DNA of 64,000 bases from Geosiphon pyriformis uo1 (GCA_016748015.1 JAAOMT010000227.1:286688-350687); one strand, 5' to 3'. Positions 37,227 through 52,357 are shown, counted from the stretch's first letter. The notes: generated from the letters alone by a model not told the origin. Program-made: numbers and translations.

Positions 37227-40200
37227 ATAGTATCAATCAAGATATTAGTCATGGAAGCCACTCAATACCAAGCACTCATGGGCAATGACTGGCTGTTTAA
37301 AATTAGTGTGACACTTAACTAAAAGCCCAAGAGCTCCAGCTTAGCCAGAACGGACGACACACACATGTACCAGCCATGTGTGACCACTTTAAACCCATCA
37401 CTATGCCATCAGCTCTACTTATTGAATTTGAAAAAAAAAAACCTACCTGGGAAGCTTATTAAGTGTCTTGGGCCAATGAAGATCACAATGAGCTACCACC
37501 AATACTTTCTTGGAATGACAAGAGAAAAAGAAAGGAAAACAAAAAACTTATCTGGAATACCAGCCAAGCCTGGAAAATGGATAACGATCAAAATGAATCA
37601 GCAAACTGGATGTAGGAAAAAACTAACAAGGGAAAAGGAAAGAAGAAACTGCCCTTACCAGCAGCACTTATAGTCCATATGCTTACATTTCATCACAACC
37701 ATCCAATTATTGTTGACCAAAATTAGAGTGTGTTAATTGCAGCAAGAAATTGTCATTAATGGGTGCTTGCTGTGACAACAATGAAGAATATGTCACGGCA
37801 ACAAAATTCTATTGCTGTTTATGCATCATAGAACATTTTGAATGACTGAAATGACAAAAAAAGTGGGACAACCAACTATGTTTTGCATGTAGAACTATCT
37901 TGTCTGATGAAAAAATGTGGAATGACATTTCTGGATGAAAAGAGATATGTGATGAAACATGCCAGTATACCATCTTGATAAACAACTGGGTACGCAAAGA
38001 AACTCCTATTAACAATGCCTGGAAAAGAGCATTGCGACAACTAGAAGAATATCTTCACAACAAACATGAACTCTGAAGAATGACATATGTGAAAGCAGAA
38101 GACATAACAACCAATAAACTACTAGAAATCAAAAACAATTCTCTATCTTTTCCTGAACCTAAATACATCCAAACCTTCGACGTCTTTGGCAACCTTGAAA
38201 ACAACCCAGAGGAATTTCACAAACATTATCAGTGTTTGGCACTCACTAGGGAAGAACAAGAGCAGTGGTTAGAGCAGTTGAACACTCAATTATGTTAACA
38301 TTGCTTAATTCCATGTAACTTTTAGTATTGTAATGAGTGTGATCTTATTTACAATCTACTACCACATATGATCTACACAATCTCAAAAGAAGACGAACCA
38401 ATGAGCAGCTGTACATCAAAATTAGAATCAAATTTCAATCCCAATTCAAACTCCAGCAATAACAACAACAAAAACACCAGTTCCAGTTCCACTCAATATG
38501 GCAATGAAAATATCAAAAATTTAGACTCCAATTTAAACCCCAAAATATACATTGCACTTCCTGACCTTACTAAAAAACAAAAACTGAAATGGTTCAGCAA
38601 TAACAATAAAGATATTATGCCAAAATGTGCACATAATACTGATGCAAAGTTTGATCTGAGATATCCAGGAAAGGATACCATAAAATTGGAACCCCATTTA
38701 TACACCTGCATTGATTTCAAAATAGCACTGGAAATTCTAGCAACTACAATGGTTAACTAACATCTAAAAGTAGCTTAGCAAAGAAAGAAATCAACATCAA
38801 AGGAGGAATAATTGATGCAAGATATGTAAGAAATATTATTGCTATACTACAAAATAACTCTGAAAAGGCCTATATTATAGAGCTAAATAAAAAGATAGCA
38901 CAGGCAATATTCCTGCCTCTGGTTAAAATAGCTCAGCTAGTGTCAGTAAGAAACAGGGAAAAATTAGGGATTACAGCTAGAGGGATACAAAGATTCAGAT
39001 CAACAGATAGAATAGATGTACTAGTTAATATGGCAGAGAAAAAAATTATTGACAAAAAAAAATTATCTCAACCCATCAATCAATTTCCATTCTACCATAT
39101 AATCAGTATATGTTGACCATAAAAAGAGAAGTAAAGAATCAAGCTCAGTTGTTTAAAGTAGAAGCCACTATTTGCAAATCAGAAAAAATTGGACTCACTA
39201 ATCTCTACATATTAGCCAAAAGCCCCAAAAATATCAAAATTCTCATTTATAACACAATGGGAAATGTTGTCAAAATACTAAAGAGAATCATCATTGGATA
39301 TTTAACCACCAAAGTTGAGGATCAACCACCAAATCACATTACAGATTTTCCACAGCTTTGCAGATATGTAGATATTATATTACAGACCATATATGGATGA
39401 AGTAAATGTTATCTGCTCCAACCAGAACAATTGGAACAGATAAACATGGGGAATCTAGATCCACTCCAACAAATGCAACTAAAGATGTTACTCAGCAATT
39501 TCAATGACATCTTTGCAAGCAAAAATGAATTTGGCTGCACTAACATCATCCAGCATTAGATCAAAACTGGAGATGCAATGCCAATTAAACAAAAAACATA
39601 CAGAGTACTACCAGCCAGCCATAAGATCATTTGTCAAAAAATTAATTGAATGCTTGACAACGGACTAATTCAGCCATCAATGAGTCCATAGTTGTCACCA
39701 GTAGTACTAGTTTGAAAGAAAAATGGGAAAATTTGCTTTTGTGTAGATTACCAGAAACTAAATGGAGTAACTAAAGGAGATAGTTATCCAACTCCCAAGA
39801 TTCAAGAACTATTCAATGCTTTTGGAGGAAATAAATAGTTCTCAACATTAAATCTAAATAGCAGTTACTGGCAAGTAGCCATGAAGCCAGAAGATAAAAA
39901 GAAAACAGCTTTTACTACATGAGAAGAGAATTTCAAATTCAAAGTAATGCTATTTGGCTTAATGAATGCTCCAGCAACATTTCAATAACTTATAAAAATT
40001 GTCTATACTGGACTGCTATGGAAATCAGTAGTTGTATACTTGGATGACACCAATGTGTTCTCAAAAACATTCAATGATTATCTGCATCATTTCTAACAAG
40101 TATTTGAAAGACTCAAAAGAGCCAGATTAAAACTAAACACAATCAAGTGTTTTTTTGAAAAAACTGAACTCAAGTTTTTGGGACATATTGTAAGCAAAAA

Positions 40201-40840
40201 TAGTATAAAAACAGATCCAAACAAGATTGAAATAGTTAAGAACTTTCTAGTACCAACCAACTTAACAGAACTGAGAACATTTTTGGGATTTGCAGGCTAT
40301 TATCATTGTTTTATCAAGGACTTTTCTAAACTAGTGCAGCCACTTCATTATCTACAAACAAAAAATGTGAAGTATGAATGGACTGAAGCTTAACAAAAAG
40401 TGTTCAACACATTAAGAAAAAAGCTTATCTAAGCTCTAGTATTGATGTATTCAGATCACAGCAAACCATTTATCATTATTACTGATGCATCTAGCCAAGC
40501 ATTGGAAGCAGTACAATCACAAAAAAGACCAGATAGAAGAGAACATCCAATAGCATATGCCAGCCAAAGCTTAAGTCCAGCCAAAAAGAACTATAGAACT
40601 CCAGCATTAGAGCACTTAGCTATCTATTGGGCTGTTATCAAGTAAAAAGAATACTTGAGTCAAAAGTTTGATGTGTACACCAATCACAAAAGATTGACTT
40701 CAATCCAAAAGCAGGAATTTGGAGATGACTGCCATACCAGATGGAAAATAAAACTTTCACTATTTAATTATACAGTACATTACAAAAAAAGAAAAGAAAA
40801 CAGAAATGCTGATGGATTGTTACGAATGAGACAAATCTAA
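37227..40840 (+). pseudogene. Element B ORF1 3' part (C-half of protease, Cys-rich, dUTPase ~38618-39008, RT, RNase H)
   Basis: MPKCAHNTDAKFDLRYPG; YLDD near 40037; ends NADGLLRMRQI*. Confidence 0.88.
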
Positions 40841-40870
40841 AAACATTTCAACCTAAAAATATAACAAAAG

Positions 40871-41501
40871 ATGAATATACAAAAATACCAACAACTTTAG
40901 CATTATATAAATACCCAATTGTTCAAGGAGAAATTATCTCAAAAAGAACAAAGAAACATAAAACAACAATTAAAATATTTTATCAATTATCAAAATATAC
41001 TTTACTGGAAGAATAGAAAAAACCCAGATCAACCAATCAGAGTAATTACAGAACCAGAGAAAGAGACAATATTATTTAACATGCATTCAAATCCAACAGC
41101 AAAACATTTTCATAAAGAAGCAATCATGGAAAGAACCAAAAAAAAATACTATTGGCTATCAATATATCCAGACATCATCCAATATGTTCAAAATTGTGAT
41201 GCTTGTTAAAGAAGAGGAGGAACAAAACCCAGTAAACCATTGAGGCCAATCAAAGTGGAACAACCATTTGACCATATCGGAATTAATTTAGTCAGACCAT
41301 TAACAATTACCAGCAAAGGCAACAGATATATTGCAGTAGTCATGGATTATCTCACAAAATGGCCAGAAGCAAAAGCCATTCAAAAAGCAGATGCAGAATC
41401 CATTGCCAAATTTGTCCATCAAGATTTAATCTGTCGACATGGATGTTCAAAAAAACTACTATTAGATCAAGGAACTCATTTTGTGAATAGAATATTGACA
41501 A
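40871..41501 (+). pseudogene. Element B integrase ORF, N-terminal part (cut by element D)
   Basis: ATG at 40871 (MNIQKYQQL); MHSNPTAKHF..CDAC; DYLTKWPEAKA..DQGTHFVN. Confidence 0.88.
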
Positions 41502-42349
41502 TGTTACTCATAGAATATAGGAAATATAGTATTATTAGTCAGTAGATATTAGCCAATTAGAGGTAGACGTAGTAAATGTGAAATTCCAGAATTCCTCTCA
41601 AAGGAATTGCAGGATTCCAGGAATTTCAGGATTCCCCGACGAGGAATTGTAGAATTCCAGAAATTCCAGGATTTCTGTCACAAAGAATTAAGGAATTGAG
41701 GAATCTTAATTATGTATATATAGCAGTAGGATTAGAAGCTGAAAAGACAGACCTCTCAGTTTAGATTTAATCTACACAACATTCCAGTTCCCAATCATCA
41801 AATAAATAATTATTCCATATCTCAACCCACTCTCTACTATCAACACTTTATGTTAATAGTAATTGATACTTAACCACGCTGGAACAATAGCTCTTGATCA
41901 TGGCTATTGACAAGATACTAACGTACCAAATTGCCTTGGCTTATTTTCTCTATTTTTTTTATTTTATTTTTTTAATTTTATTTTCTTTCTTTTTGATTTT
42001 GTTGTTGTATACTAATTGATTAAAAGATTAAGCACTGAGTTATTGATGTCAAGGATAGCCTGGTAAAAGACCCAGAAATAAGGGTAGGATTTTATATATT
42101 ATTGGATAACTTACCAGAAAGGCATGACTGCCAGACTAAATCTGGCCACCATGCTGAAAAAAAAATTGGAAAAACTCTTGGAATGATATCTCTACTATCG
42201 ACACTATTGAATTTCTGTCCATTATACAAAGGACTCCATCAAAACCTTCAGATACAACACTTGCAGAACCTCATCCATGGAAGTAGCTTTTGAGCACCAA
42301 GTTACGGGTTTGTTATTTAATTCAACAGCAGAAATAATCACCTGTAACA
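41502..42349 (+). repeat. 5' LTR of element D
   Basis: TGTTAC...GTAACA termini, followed by TT and the PBS. Confidence 0.95.
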
Positions 42350-42411
42350 TTTGGTACTTCCTGTAAGGTATAATTTTACAGAGAACCAGCACCAACAACA
42401 CCAAACCAAAA

Positions 42412-45400
42412 GTGGCAGAATCAGAAATAATAGGGACAAACCATCTAGGATTCGCAAAATTCTTATTTCAATAGTACAGCCAGCAACTAGGCTTAACCAA
42501 CAACCATTACCCAGCAGAATTAGCTTTCAACTTCTATGTCAATAAAAGAATTACAGATTTTCTAGGAAGACCAGTTGACATTAAATTAGCAAGAGAAAAT
42601 TTCTATTCAGAACTAATCCAACACACCAACTTACTCAGAAATCACAGCTTTGCACCCATTATAAGAGAAATTAACCAAGAAATTGAAAGATATACACAAA
42701 GAACATTCCCTATTACTTACCAGGACAAAGGCAAAGGAAAACTACAGACACCAGCAGTAACACCCAAAGAAATACAAATTCCTAACTGAAAAAAACAAAG
42801 AATTGAATCTCCGATATACCCATCATACCATCACATGCCTGGAAGTACCATCAACATTACATCAGCAGACGTGTCCACCAGTACAAAGACACTGCTAGCA
42901 AGAATCACATTTCAGAGTAAACAAAAGAAAAACAAACTATTAGGGGCATATAGTGATTATTTTGAAGGATTTAAATCGAGATTGCCAACACCATTAGGAT
43001 TCTGATCACTGCTTCATCAGCCAGATTTCAGAACCATCAGTCCCTGAGAAATTACTGAATCAGAAGAAGAAGAAGACAAGAATCAGGAATTCAATTACCA
43101 AAACCCAATCCTAGAAGACTGAAACATTCAAACTCAGCAACATTTAGAAAATTTGGAAATTGAAATGCCAAATATTCGAACCCCACCAAATCAAAGAAAT
43201 CAAAACCCCGAGTTAATTCATCAGCAAAATCTACCTCCAGTTATTATCATTGATCAACCACCAATCGAGCCAATTGGTAAGCCAATTCAACCACCTCCAG
43301 TATTACCCCAACAACTGTTATCTCTTCAACAACCACTTCAACAGCCATCACAACCACCCAACTTAGATCCAATGGCCTATGCACTAATCACAAAACTTGA
43401 CAACTTTATCAGTAAAGAGGACGACACTCAAGTATGGCTGAATAATGTAGAAAAAGCCATCGCAGCCAACGGATGGAATGATGCCCAGGCAATGCAAGCC
43501 ATTTCCTACTTTTTCAAGGATACCACCAATTCATGATACCAGAGCTTGATTAATAAACCACAAGATTTTGATGCCTTCAAAGTGGAATTTCTAAGATACT
43601 TCAGCAACAATAACAGCATTAATTGCCTAGTCAACACATTCACCACCATAAAACAAGGAAAAACTGAAGCAGTCACCACTTACCTGGGACACTTCTATTG
43701 AAATCTGCACCAAATCCAAGCAATTGATGCCAACTACTTTACAGCATTACAGATCCTCAACCAGTTTATCCGTGGCCTGTGCAGCAGCATCCTGCAATAT
43801 ATATGTCTGTTGCATCCAGGCACACTTCAAGACACAGTCACACACGTCAGAGATTTTGAATCCACTGAGTCAGAGGCTAACCACACTCAAGCCATTAATC
43901 TAGTAATGAACAGATCATCTGAATTGGATTCCAAATTGGAGAAGTTCAGTAAATCAATTAATAAGAGATTGGAAGGATACTTAGCTGACAATCACGCCAT
44001 TTATCAGCCTCCACAATGACACAATAATCAAAGAAACTCTAATTGTGCCTAAAATCAACCATGTCTATCTTCATCGACCAATCAACAGTGGCAACAGGAA
44101 ACGCGTATCTGCCACTATTGTGGTAAACAAGGACATATTCAAATTGACTGTTGTCAGTGTTTAAATAACCAATGATCAGGAAATCAATATCGAAACCCCA
44201 ATTGTCAGTTCCAAACTATGAATCAGTACCCAAATCAAAACCAATCCGCTTACCTACCAGTGATGCAGTCATCAGTCTATCAATCTCCGGTGTATCAAGC
44301 TCCAATCTGTCAACTGCAGCCACAAGTAATTTATCAACAACCGCAACCACAAATAATCTATCAGCCCCAACAAATCCAAACACCACCCCAAAGCTTACCA
44401 CCCAACGAAACCCAAAGACCAAAAACGACTTAACAGAGCTGGAAATTGGCAATGGTAGTCCATTAACTGATCCTCAGTTCTTCACAGCAACCATCTGAAT
44501 TATGCCAGTAGAATTCGGGTGCTGGTCAACCCCAGAACTATTTAAGTCTCCTGGTCACCCCAGAAGATGCCTCAACCAATAACCTGGCATTTACCCAAAA
44601 ACAACCACTCACCAGTAATATCCCACCTGCTACTATTACTGAAGACAAGTCTTTGGCTACTATATTCTCATTCGAATTCGAGAAAACAACTGCAATGCCA
44701 TTATTTAGTGGAGCCACTCTTGAAGCCAAACCAATTACCGCGATGTATACTGATGCCAAAGTTGAGGGGCAATTCATCAAATTGATCTTTGACAGCAGTT
44801 CAGCAGGCAGCATTATCACACGACAACTCATGGATCAATTAGGTTACCAAGTTGATCGAACTGCCAGTGCCAGAATCATCACAGCTGATAGAGTGACCAA
44901 AACTCCAATCGGCAAAATCAATGACTTTTTTTTCAAAGTCAATGGCATCGTGACTCTCATTAAAGTTCTAGTGATAGAAACCACTTAATACCAAGCTTTC
45001 ATTGATAATGACTGGCTATCCAAATGCAATGTGACATTAGACTGGAACACTCGGGAACTCCAGTTAACATATCAGGGCCAACACATATATGTACCGGCCA
45101 CATGTGGCCATTTCAAGACTCCTCCAAGAAAGAAACTATTGATCGAACTGGAGGAGGAGAAAGAAAAACCTACCTGGAAAGCTTATCAAGTCCACTGGGC
45201 TGATGCTGACCACAACAAACTACCACCAATACTCTCGTGGAATAACAACCCTAAGGGAAAGCAAAAAGAGGAACTAACTTGGGAAACAGATGATTTGACT
45301 TGGACCAACAACGAACAGGAAGAACCATCAAGTTGGGAGTAGAAAGAAGAAAAGGGAAAAGAGAAAGAGAGGGAGGAAGAAAACACTTAAGCCAACAACA

Positions 45401-48400
45401 CTTATATTCCATACACCTATGGTCAACAACAATCATTGACCTATCACCAACCCAAACTGATATGCATTGATTGCAGTAAGAAATTGTTGTCAATGGGCAC
45501 ATGCTATGACAACAATGAAGAATATCAGATGACAACCAAGTTCTATTGCTGTGCATGCCATGTTAAACATTTTGGAAGACCAAAATGAGTGGGAAAATGG
45601 GATAATACACCATGTATAGCCTGTGGAGAAACTCTCTTTGATGAAGGAATGTGGAACAACATTCTGGAGAGAGGAGGAACATGCAATGTGTCTTGCCAAT
45701 ACACGATCCTCATCAGCAACTGGATTGAGAAAGGAACACCCATAGAAGCTGTCTGGAGAAGAGCTGTACAGTGATTAAACAGTTGTACACACGACAACGA
45801 TGAATTATGGCAGATGGCAATTGCCAAAATTGAAGGCGTGTTACCAGAAAAATCAGAACAATTAAAAACAACCCACCAGAACCCATCGAGCTTGACTGGG
45901 ATGCAAAGCCAGTTATAAATTTTCTGGAACCAAAAGAGTTCCATGAACACTACCAAAACTTGGCACCCACTAGAGAAGAGCAAGAACAATGGCTAGCACA
46001 GTTAAATACAAGACTGTGTCACCATTGTTTAATTCCCAGTGACTTTGAATATTGTGATGATTGTGACCTCATTTACAATCTACCACCACACATGATCTAC
46101 ATGATCCTTGAAGAAGAAGAACCAATCAGCATCTGTGTATTGGAATCAGAATCACTGATCAATCACGATCCAGACTCCAATGACGACGATGAAAACACTG
46201 GTTCCAGTTCCGTTCAAAATGGCAATAACAACAAAGACGATTCAAACTCAGATTCAAACTCCGATTTAAACTATGAACAATACATCGCACTACCAGATCT
46301 CTCCAAAGAACAAAAGTTGAAATGGTATAGTGACAATGGAGAAGGTATTATGCCAGAACATGCACATGATACTGATACAGGGTTTGATTTGAGGTATCCA
46401 GGAAAAGAGGCCATCAAATTGGAACCACATTCACACACCTGCATTGATCTGAAAGTAGCACTAAAAATTCTGGCAACAACAATGGTTCAATTAGCATCTA
46501 AGAGTAGTTTAGTGAAAAGAGAGATTAATATAAGAGGAGAAATAATTGATGTGGGATATATAGGAAATATCATCACTATGTTACAAAATGACTCAGAAAA
46601 GGCCTATATAATAGAGCCCAATAAAAAAATAGCACAAGCAATATTTATGCCTCTGGTTAGAGTAGCTCAGTTAGTATTAGTAGAAAAGAGGGAGAAATTA
46701 GGAATAACAGCAAGAGGAATACAGGGATTCGGATCAACAGATAGAATAGATGTACCAGTTAATATGGCAGAGGAAAAAATTGTTGGCCAAGGAGAAATTA
46801 TCTCAACCGGTCAAGCTATTTCTATTTCACCATATAACCAGTACATGCTAGCAATAGAAAGGAAGGAAAAAGACCAAGCACAAATTTTTGAAGCAAAAGC
46901 CAGTCTTTGTGAATCAGGAGAAGTTGGACTCATCAATCTCCACATACCAGCCAAAGATTACAGCTACATCAAAATTCCCATCTACAACAATACAGAAAAT
47001 ATCATAGAAATACCAGCTGGAACTATTATTAGATACTTAAACACTAAAATGGAGGATCAACTACCAAACCCCATTCCAGATTTTCCACAACTTTGTGGAT
47101 ATGTTGATATCACATTACAAACAATATATGGACGAAATCAGTGTTATTTGCTCCAACCAAAACAATTGGAACAAATGAACATGGGAAACTTAGATCCACT
47201 CCAACATATGCAACTCAAGATGTTGCTCAACCAGTTCAATGACATCTTTGCCAGCAAAAATGAGTTTGGCTGAACTGACATCATCCAGCATTAGATTAAG
47301 ACTGGAGATACAATGCCAATTAAACAAAGAGCATACAGAGTACCACCAGTCAGCCACAAGATTATTCATCAAGAGATAAACTGAATGCTTAACAATGGGC
47401 AAATTCAGCCATCAATGAGCCCATGGTCATCACCAGTGGTACTCATCCATAAGAAAAATGGAAAGATCTGATTTTGTGTGGACTACAGAAAACTCAATAG
47501 TGTAATTCGTAAAGACAACTATCCAACTCCATAGATACAGAAATTATTTGATGCTTTTGGCAGAAACAAATGGTTTTCAACATTAGACTTAGATAGTGGT
47601 TACTGGCAAGTAGCCATGGATTCTGCTGACAAAGAGAAGACAGCATTCACCATGAGAGAAGGGAATTTTGAATTTAAAGTAATGCCATTCAGTTTAACTA
47701 ATACACCAGCCATTTTCCAATGGCTAATGGAAATTGTCTATACTGGCTTATTGTGGAAATCAGTAGTTGTATACTTGGACAACACCAACGTATTCTCAAA
47801 AACATTTGATGATCATCTTCATTATCTTTAACAAGTGTTCGAAAAACTAAGAAGAGCAGGGCTAAAGTTAAATGCAACAAAGTGCTTCTTTGACAAGACA
47901 GAGCTAAAATTCTTGGGACACATAGTCAGCAAAAATGGCATCAAAACAGATCCAGAGAAAATAAAGATAGTAAAGAACTTTCTAGTGCTGACCAATATGA
48001 CAGAACTGAAATCATTCTTGGAATTCGCCAGCTACTATTGACATTTTATCAAGAACTTTTCCAAGATAGCACAGCCACTCAACCAACTGCAAACCAAGAA
48101 TACAAAATATGAATGGGCAGAAAGTCAACAAGAAGCTTTTGACATTTTGAAAAAAAAGCTCATTCAAGCTTCAGTACTAATTTATCCAGATTATAGCAAA
48201 CCATTCATTATCACCACCAATGCATCCGGCCAAGCATTGGGAGCAGTATTATCCCAGAGAGGACCAGACGGCAGAAAACATCCAGTAGCATATGCCAGCA
48301 GAGGTTTAACACCAGCCGAAAAGAACTATAGAACACCGGAACAAGAACACTTAGCAATATACTGGGCAGTCATGAAATGGAAAGAATACTTGAGCCAGAA

Positions 48401-48575
48401 GTTTGAAGTATACACAGATCACAAGGGATTAACATTACTCCAAAAACAAGAATTTGGAGATGGAAGACAGTCAAGATAGAAAATGGCACTTGCACCATAC
48501 AATTATACTATACATTATAAAAAAAGAAAAGACAATGGAAATGCTGACAGGTTGTCATGAATGAGACAAATCTAA
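42412..48575 (+). pseudogene. Element D ORF1 polyprotein (Gag to RNase H, dUTPase at ~46350-46740)
   Basis: GTG 42412 is in frame with MAYALITKLDNF (43372); CHYCGKQGHIQIDC; LIFDSSSAGS. The longest open stretch (45960-47273) includes DTGFDLRYP..SKSSL..IIDVGYIGNI..KIAQAIF..RGIQGFGST. A few frameshifts; stop TAA at 48573-48575. Confidence 0.9.
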
Positions 48576-48638
48576 GAACATTTTTAACACAAAAATATAA
48601 CAAAACCAGAACAATACCAACGAAAAATGTAACAAAAG

Positions 48639-50020
48639 ATGAACATACAAAAATATCAACAACTGCAACATTATATAAACATTCAACAGTTCAAGGAGAA
48701 TTTATCTCAAATGGAACGAAAGAGTATCAAACAACAATCAAAATATTTTATTACTCACCAAAATATACTTTATCAGAAAAATAGAAAAAATCCAAATTAA
48801 CCAACCAAAGTAGTTACAGAACCAGAAAAAGAGACAATATTATTCAACATGCACTCAAATCTAACAGCAGAACATTTTCACAAAGAAGCAACCATAGAAA
48901 GAACCAGAAAAAGATACTATTGGCCATCAATGTATCCAGACATCATTCAATATGTTCAAAATTGTGATGTTTGTCAGTAAAGAGGAGGTATAAAATCCAG
49001 TGAACTGTTAAAACCAATCAAAGTAGGACAATTATTTGACCAGGTTGGAATTGATCTAGTCAGATCATTAACAATTACCAATGGAGAAAACAGGTACATA
49101 GCAGTAGCCATGAACTATCTCACTAAATGGCCAAAGACAAAAGCAATTCAAAGAGCAGATACAGAATCCATTGCCGAATTCATTCATCAGGATTTAATCT
49201 GTCGACATAAATGTCCAAAAGAATTATTATCAGACCAAGAAACTTATTTTGTGAACAAAACATTAACAGAATTGAGCCAAAGATTCGGAATTAAGAGACC
49301 ACTATCATTACTATACCATCCACAAACCAATGGATTAGTCAAAAGATTTAACAAAACATTGTGTGAAGCAATAGCTAAACTCAGCCAAGAAAACCAGAAC
49401 GATTGGGATTTGTTGATATCATTAGTATTATTTGCTTATCAGACAATGAAGCAAGATACTACACAAGCAACACCATTTGAATTAGTATATGGTAGAATAG
49501 CAACACTACCAGTAGAAATAGAAGTCAGCACATACTCAACTGAACCAATAACAGAAGAGAATTTCAAAAATACATTGTTGAAAAGAACATATGACTTAAT
49601 AGAAATATTAGAAAACAAACAACAAAGAGCAGCTAATAACATACAAAAGTCACAAGAAAAACAAAAAAAAGACATGATAACCAACTACCAGATAAACCAG
49701 TTGAATTCAGGATTGGAAACAAAGTACTACTACATTGTACCAAAGCAGAAAAACAATGAAGTGGAAAATTTGACCCCAAATAAAACAGACCATTTCACAT
49801 AGAAGAAATTCTAGGAAATAGAGCTTACAAATTAAGATTGAATGACAAAATCTTGACCAAAGCAGCACATGGAGATCGACTAAAACCATACCATCATATA
49901 GCATTATCATTCACCAGTAATATTCTACAATTAGGAGTACAGAGAATACTAGTCCAACCAGATGAGATTCCACAAGATCTAGAACCAATTATTATTATTA
50001 ACAACAATATGTCTAATTGA
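48639..50020 (+). pseudogene. Element D integrase, separate ORF
   Basis: Starts MNIQKYQQLQHYI; HHCC domain; rve core in ORF 49110-49802. Confidence 0.9.
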
Positions 50021-50073
50021 TCAACAAAAAAATATATAAGAATATGGTTGACATGACAGAAGAAAGCAGAAAA

Positions 50074-50703
50074 ATAGAGATTACGGACAATATCCATTCA
50101 CTAGCCCAACAAAATTTTCAATTAATTCAACACCAGAAGATGAAAATTACCATTAATCAACAAACCATTTGTTACAAAAAAACAGTAAAGATACCACAAA
50201 ACAAAGCACAGAAAAAACTTGAAAACATGGTTGACAAGATCATGACTAAGATAAAATTGGCCATGAAAGAACAACAAATAGTCAGATTATACCAAGAACT
50301 TACCAGAGAAACTTGGACTTGATGGATACAACAATTTCCAAAAAACTATTGTTATTTTTACTTGGGACAACACGTGAATATCCAGAACTTATATATGGAT
50401 AAAACAAAGCAGTTATTCAACACAACAATACTACAACAACTAGAACATTTTGTGGGAAAAAACAACTTATCCACACAAGCTCGAGCTATATACTGAATAC
50501 ACACAGCATTTTAGGATCGACCAGAAATATTACTCAACAAAGCAATGAATATGGTTACTAGTAATCAATTGAGAAAAATTACCAATGCTCAATTTGAAGA
50601 ATTACAAACTTAAATAACACAAGTAATTCTTGAAAATGAAATTCAAAAAATACTTCAAGAAGGAGAATTAAATAAATTGGATTTCAACAGAGCTCAATAT
50701 TAA
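50074..50703 (+). pseudogene. Element D ORF3 (unknown protein)
   Basis: Decayed start (ATA) then EITDNIHSLAQQNFQLIQ...LDFNRAQY*; 630 nt, same length as in C. Confidence 0.8.
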
Positions 50704-50716
50704 AAGGAGGGAATAA

Positions 50717-51547
50717 TGTTACTCATAGAATATAGAAAATATAGTATTATTAGTCAGTAGATATTAGCCAATCAGAGGTAGATGTAGTAAATATAGAATT
50801 CCAGAATTCCTCTCAAAGGAATTGCAGAATTCCAGGAATTTCAGAATTTCCTGACGAGGAATTGCAGGATTTCTGTTGCAAAGAATTAAGAAATTGAGGA
50901 ATCTTAATTATGTATATATAGCAGTAGGATTAGAAGCTGAAAAGACAGACCTCTCAGTTTAGATTTAATCTACACAACATTCCAGTTCCCAATCATCAAA
51001 TAAATAATTATTCCATATCTCAACCCACTCTCTACTATCAACATGAAGTGTTGATAGTAATTGATACTTAACCATGCTGGAACAATAGCTCTTGATTATG
51101 GCTATTGACGAGATACTAACATACCAAATTGCCTTGGCTTATTTTCTCTATTTTCTTTATTTTATTTTCTTTATTTTATTTTCTTTCTTTTTGATTTTGT
51201 TGTTGTATACTAATTGATTAAAAAATTAAGCACTGAGTTATTGACGTCAAGGATAGCCTGGTAAAAGACCCAGAAATAAGAGTAGGATTTTATATATTAT
51301 TGGATAGCTTATCAGAAGAGCATGACTACCAGACTAAATTCAGCCACCATGCTAAGAAAGAAATTGGGAAAACTCTTGGAAAGATACCTCTACTATCGAC
51401 ACTATTGAATCTCTGTCCATTATACAAAAAACTCCATTAAAACCTTCAGATACAACACTTGCAGAACCTTATTCACGAAAGTAGCTTTTGAGCACCAAGT
51501 TACAGGTTTGTTATTTAATTCAACAGCAGAAATAATCACCTTTAACA
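50717..51547 (+). repeat. 3' LTR of element D
   Basis: Collinear with 41502-42349. Confidence 0.95.
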
Positions 51548-52297
51548 ACAGAATTAAGTTGAAGATTTGGAATTAAAAGACCATTGTCATCACTATACTA
51601 TCCACAAACCAATGGATTAGTTGAAAGATTCAATAGAACACTATGTGAAGTGATTGCCAAGATTAGTCAAAAAAATTAGGACAAATGGGATTTGCTTATA
51701 CCATCAGTACTATTTGCTTATCAAACAATGAAACAAAACACTATACAAGCAACACCATTTGAATTAGTATGCAGTAGAATAGCAACAGTACCAGTTGAAA
51801 TAGAAGTCAATACATATCCAACTGAACCAATAACAGAAGTCAATTTCCAAGAAACATTGTTGAAAAGAACATATGACTTAATGGAAACACTAGAAAACAG
51901 ATGACAAAAAGCAGCTGATAACATTCAAAAGTCACAAGAGAAACAAAAAAAAAGACATGATAACCAACTACCAAATAAACCAGTTGAATTCAAGATTGGA
52001 GACAAAGTACATCTACATCATACTAAAGTGGAAAAACAATGAAGTGGAAAATTTGACCCCAAATGGAACAGATTATTTCACATAGAAGAAATTCTTGAAA
52101 ATGGAGCTTATAAATTAAGATGGAACAACAAAATCTTAGCCAAAGCAGCACATAGTAATCGACTGAAACCATATCACTATACAGTAATACCATTCATCAG
52201 TAATATTTTACAATTAAAAGTACAGAGAATACTAGTCCAACCAGATGAAATTCCATGGGATCTGGAACCAATTATAATTATTGAACCAAACACATAA
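51548..52297 (+). pseudogene. Element B integrase ORF, C-terminal part
   Basis: TELS*RFGIKRPLSS..PQTNGLVERFN..LFAYQTM..TPFELV; ends IIIEPNT*. Confidence 0.87.
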
Positions 52298-52357
52298 AAT
52301 TAAACAATAAAAGAGTATATAAAGACACCATATACACAACAAAAACAACCAAGAAAA

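Larger units (their letters stand above)
41502..51547 (+). mobile_element. Ty3/Gypsy element D (10.0 kb), inserted in B's integrase
   Basis: LTRs at 41502-42349 and 50717-51547; TSD ACAA/ACAG; B's NRIL|TELS is rejoined across it; PBS at 42352; PPT ~50701-50716. Confidence 0.95.

Noticed and set aside
42102-42293. ORF within U5 of the D LTR
   Set aside because: The frame is not preserved in the B and C LTRs; the similarity is at the nucleotide level only.
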